From the human T2T-CHM13v2.0 reference genome, Homo sapiens, in assembly GCF_009914755.1 (NCBI RefSeq), contig NC_060931.1: 64,000 bases of DNA; one strand, written 5' to 3'. This document shows positions 61,201-64,000 of this stretch, in pieces (position 1 is the stretch's first letter; each line of letters begins with the position of its first letter). The position numbers were made by a program, and so were the translations under genes. The notes beneath the pieces are model-generated. The model worked only from the letters and a program-made list of their open reading frames with translations. It did not search any database and was not told where the DNA came from.

Positions 61201-62049
61201 ATGACAAAAGTCCAGCAGTGGGTTGTAAGGCTCTAGGCATAAGGGCTAGGGTTGCAGTAGGTGCCATTCATTGAAACAACAGAGAAGGAAAGACCCCTGT
61301 TCTATTAGGGATAGGAGACATGAAGTCGGGATGTGGGCTAAGCATTAGGGACATGGATACGGGGCAGGGGTCTCAGGTGGAAGCTAGTTACAGGAGTAAG
61401 CTGAGGTGACAGAAGATGGGGGCACAAGGGTGGTCATACTAGAAGCAGATGGTGACTGATGTCCGGCTGACCTACCCGCCTATAGCTTTTGGAATACCCC
61501 TTTCTTGTGATTGACTAGGTTCAGGCCCAGAATCTGGGGTGACAGTGAATCTTTGGGAAGGAGTCTTTAACCCTAGCTTAAGAAAATTAGGAGGACTCCA
61601 CCCTGTGGAATTCCACAGACTATCAAAGGTAGAGTCATTATCCTGTGTGACTGTGCATTTCAAGGAACTTCTCCTAAACTTGCTTTGATAATTATATGTT
61701 GCTTTGCTAATTTGGATGAAGAACAACATAGTCAGAATATAGTTTAAATACAGTGAAACCATATTTACTGGTTTATTCACTAAATAGCTATTGACGCCCG
61801 TGCTATGCTGGGCACCGTCGTAGGGGTAGGGTCACAACAGGCAAAACAAGGGAGATAGGCCTTGCTTTCATATGGTTCACATTCTAGTGATGGAGGGCAG
61901 TGTATGAATAGACAAGTAAACAAATATGAAAAAAAAGAAATTTCAAATAATGGTGAAGTGCTTTTATGTAATCAGTAGACAATAGGATCATGATGGTAGG
62001 GGTCATATTGTACTGGCTCATCGAGGTAGGATGGCTCTGTCATTGGGGT

Positions 62050-62425
62050 TGTAAGTTGAAACATGACTGAGGCAGGTCTCAATCAATAGAGGTTTGTTTA
62101 GCTGAGGTGGAGGATGAATCTGGGAAAAAAAAATTCAAGCCACAGGAGGATCTGTGACCAGTGCTTTTTCCAAAGTGGATTTGGGGAACTTCAGTATTCA
62201 AAGGGCAAGCAGGAGGGGAAAATAAAAGGAGAGGGAGGATAGGCAATGAGGAAGATGGTTACTTTCTTGTGAGGCTCTGATTAGCCTCAGTAAATCTGCA
62301 TTTTTACATGTGAAAAGAGGGACTAGGGAAAAACTGGACTATGTATTATCCCTGCTCAGTAAATCTACATTTTACATAAGACAAAGTAAACATGTGAAAA
62401 GAGGGAATAGAGGAAATTAGGCTTT
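62050..62425 (-). mobile_element. MER4-group LTR fragment
   Basis: 'gaggcaggtctcaatcaatagaggttt' and repeated 'ctcagtaaatct(g/a)cattttacat', similar to the LTR at 46829. Confidence 0.65.
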
Positions 62426-62439
62426 TGTGTGACTTTATT

Positions 62440-63145
62440 ATAAGTCCAAAAAGATATTAACAAGTATTGGTGAGGGTGTAGCAAAATTGGAACCCTCTTA
62501 CATTGCTATTGGGAAAGTAAAGTGGTTGTAGCCACTTTAGAAAATAATTTGTCAGTTGCTCAAGATGCTAAGCATAGAGTTGCCATTTGACCCAGCAATT
62601 CCACTTCTGTCTACCCAAGAAAATAAATATGTATGTTCACACAAAGACATGTACATGAATGTTCACAGGAGCAATACTCATAATAATCAAAGAGTAGAAA
62701 TAACATCACAAATTTTCATCAACTGATGAATGGATAAACAAGATGCAGTCTATCCACGCAAAGGAGTATTCTTCAGCAATAAAAAAAAAGGAAATACTGA
62801 TATCTACTACAACAATGTGGATAAACCTCATAAACATACTGAGTAAACGAAACCAGCCACAAAAATTCATGTATCTTATGATCCCATTTATGTAAAATGT
62901 TCAGAATAGTCAAATTAATAGAGACAGAAAGTGGCTTAGCGGTTGTCTACGGCTGGAGAATGGGAAGGGAGAATGGGAGTGACTGTGACTGGATAGGAGG
63001 TTTCTTTGGGGGATGATGAAAATATTATGAATTAGATTATGGTGATGGTTGCACAATTCTGTAACTATACTAAAAACCAGTACATTGTTCCCTTTAAATT
63101 GTATTGTTTATAAATTATATCTCAATGAACTATTAAAAAAAAATA
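62440..63145 (+). mobile_element. L1MB-like 3' end
   Basis: 'aacaagtattggtgagg...ttggaaccctc', 'ccatttgacccagcaattccact', 'ggtgatggttgcacaattctg', ending in an A tail. Confidence 0.88.
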
Positions 63146-64000
63146 AGATCAACATGCAAATACCTGAGGGGCAAGGAGTTTCCAGAGAGGGAACTGCAAG
63201 TCTGAGCACCTGAGGTGGGAATGAATTTGCTTTATTTTTGGAACAGAGAGGATGTCAGTAAGGCTGAAGTTAGTTGAGGAAGGAGAAGGAAGTAGGGGCC
63301 AGTTCAGCCTGGTCTGTTAAGGCATGGCCGGGAGTTTGGATTCTATTTTGAATGTAATGAGAAGTCACTGGAGAGTTTGTAAGATAGTGACATGATGTGA
63401 CGCATTTTAAGAGTAGTCTGGCTACCTTGTTGGTATTGACTCTGGGGGCATGAAAGGATGCAGTAAGACCAGCCAGTAGCCATTGTAGCAATTTGGGTAA
63501 GACTCAGAAATGCTGTAGATTTTTTTTCTTCTCTTTTTTCTTTTTCATAAGCAAAAAGCAAGGTCACCTTATATTTAGTAGAACAGTTCTCGTGAGCCAT
63601 CCCAGGACAAGACACTAGCCAAAATATTTGACCCACTGTTAATCTTTACTACCCTAAACAAGATATACAAAAAATAATCTGTTAATAATGAAAAGTTTAA
63701 GCTACTCTTATATAATTTGTATTTATAAAGGAAGTATTATCCCAGTTTAGTATCTAAATTCACTTTTCCCTTCAAAAAGCACTGTCAAGGTAAAATATGG
63801 GCCACTTTTTGTGTCTCTGACAACTCTTTCCACACTAATTCCCTAGCTCACAGCAACAAAATGGGTTTTCTTCATCATAAACTACATTCATCAGTTCTAA
63901 ATTTGGAACAGGAACAATAAGGCAGAAAAATAGAATTTACATCAGACTCTTCTTCTTGCCCAAGGGGTTATTTGCTTTGTGCAAACTAAAGTGGGTGGCA

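Overview
Primate genomic DNA, almost certainly human (AluY, AluYd and L1PA3-type elements), AT-rich and dominated by repeats. The only host gene I can support is the 3' half of ITPRID1 (CCDC129; KRAP/SSFA2/ITPRID2 family) on the + strand. Five coding exons (35886-35968, 36392-37663, 44852-44979, 45649-45760, 46228-46539) splice in frame into about 635 C-terminal residues. Positions 1-35885 are probably one long intron of this gene. They contain old L1M relics, a full-length but frameshifted L1PA3-type element (13321-19485), a 5'-truncated antisense L1PA, a THE1 LTR with a nested L1 tail, an L3/CR1 relic and several Alus. A MER4-type LTR sits just after the stop codon, and 47.5-64 kb is mostly L2/MIR/L1M/LTR debris. 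Almost all other ORFs in the track are repeat-derived or chance. I found no convincing novel multi-gene system. The most notable points are a fold-back templated insertion scar in L1 ORF2, an intact 155-aa extended ORF0 in an L1 that keeps the 129-bp 5'UTR segment, a possible alternative last exon, a DSGFSS degron-like motif next to a Cys/His cluster, and several inverted-repeat pairs. Repeat subfamily names and the gene identity come from visual recognition, not a database search.
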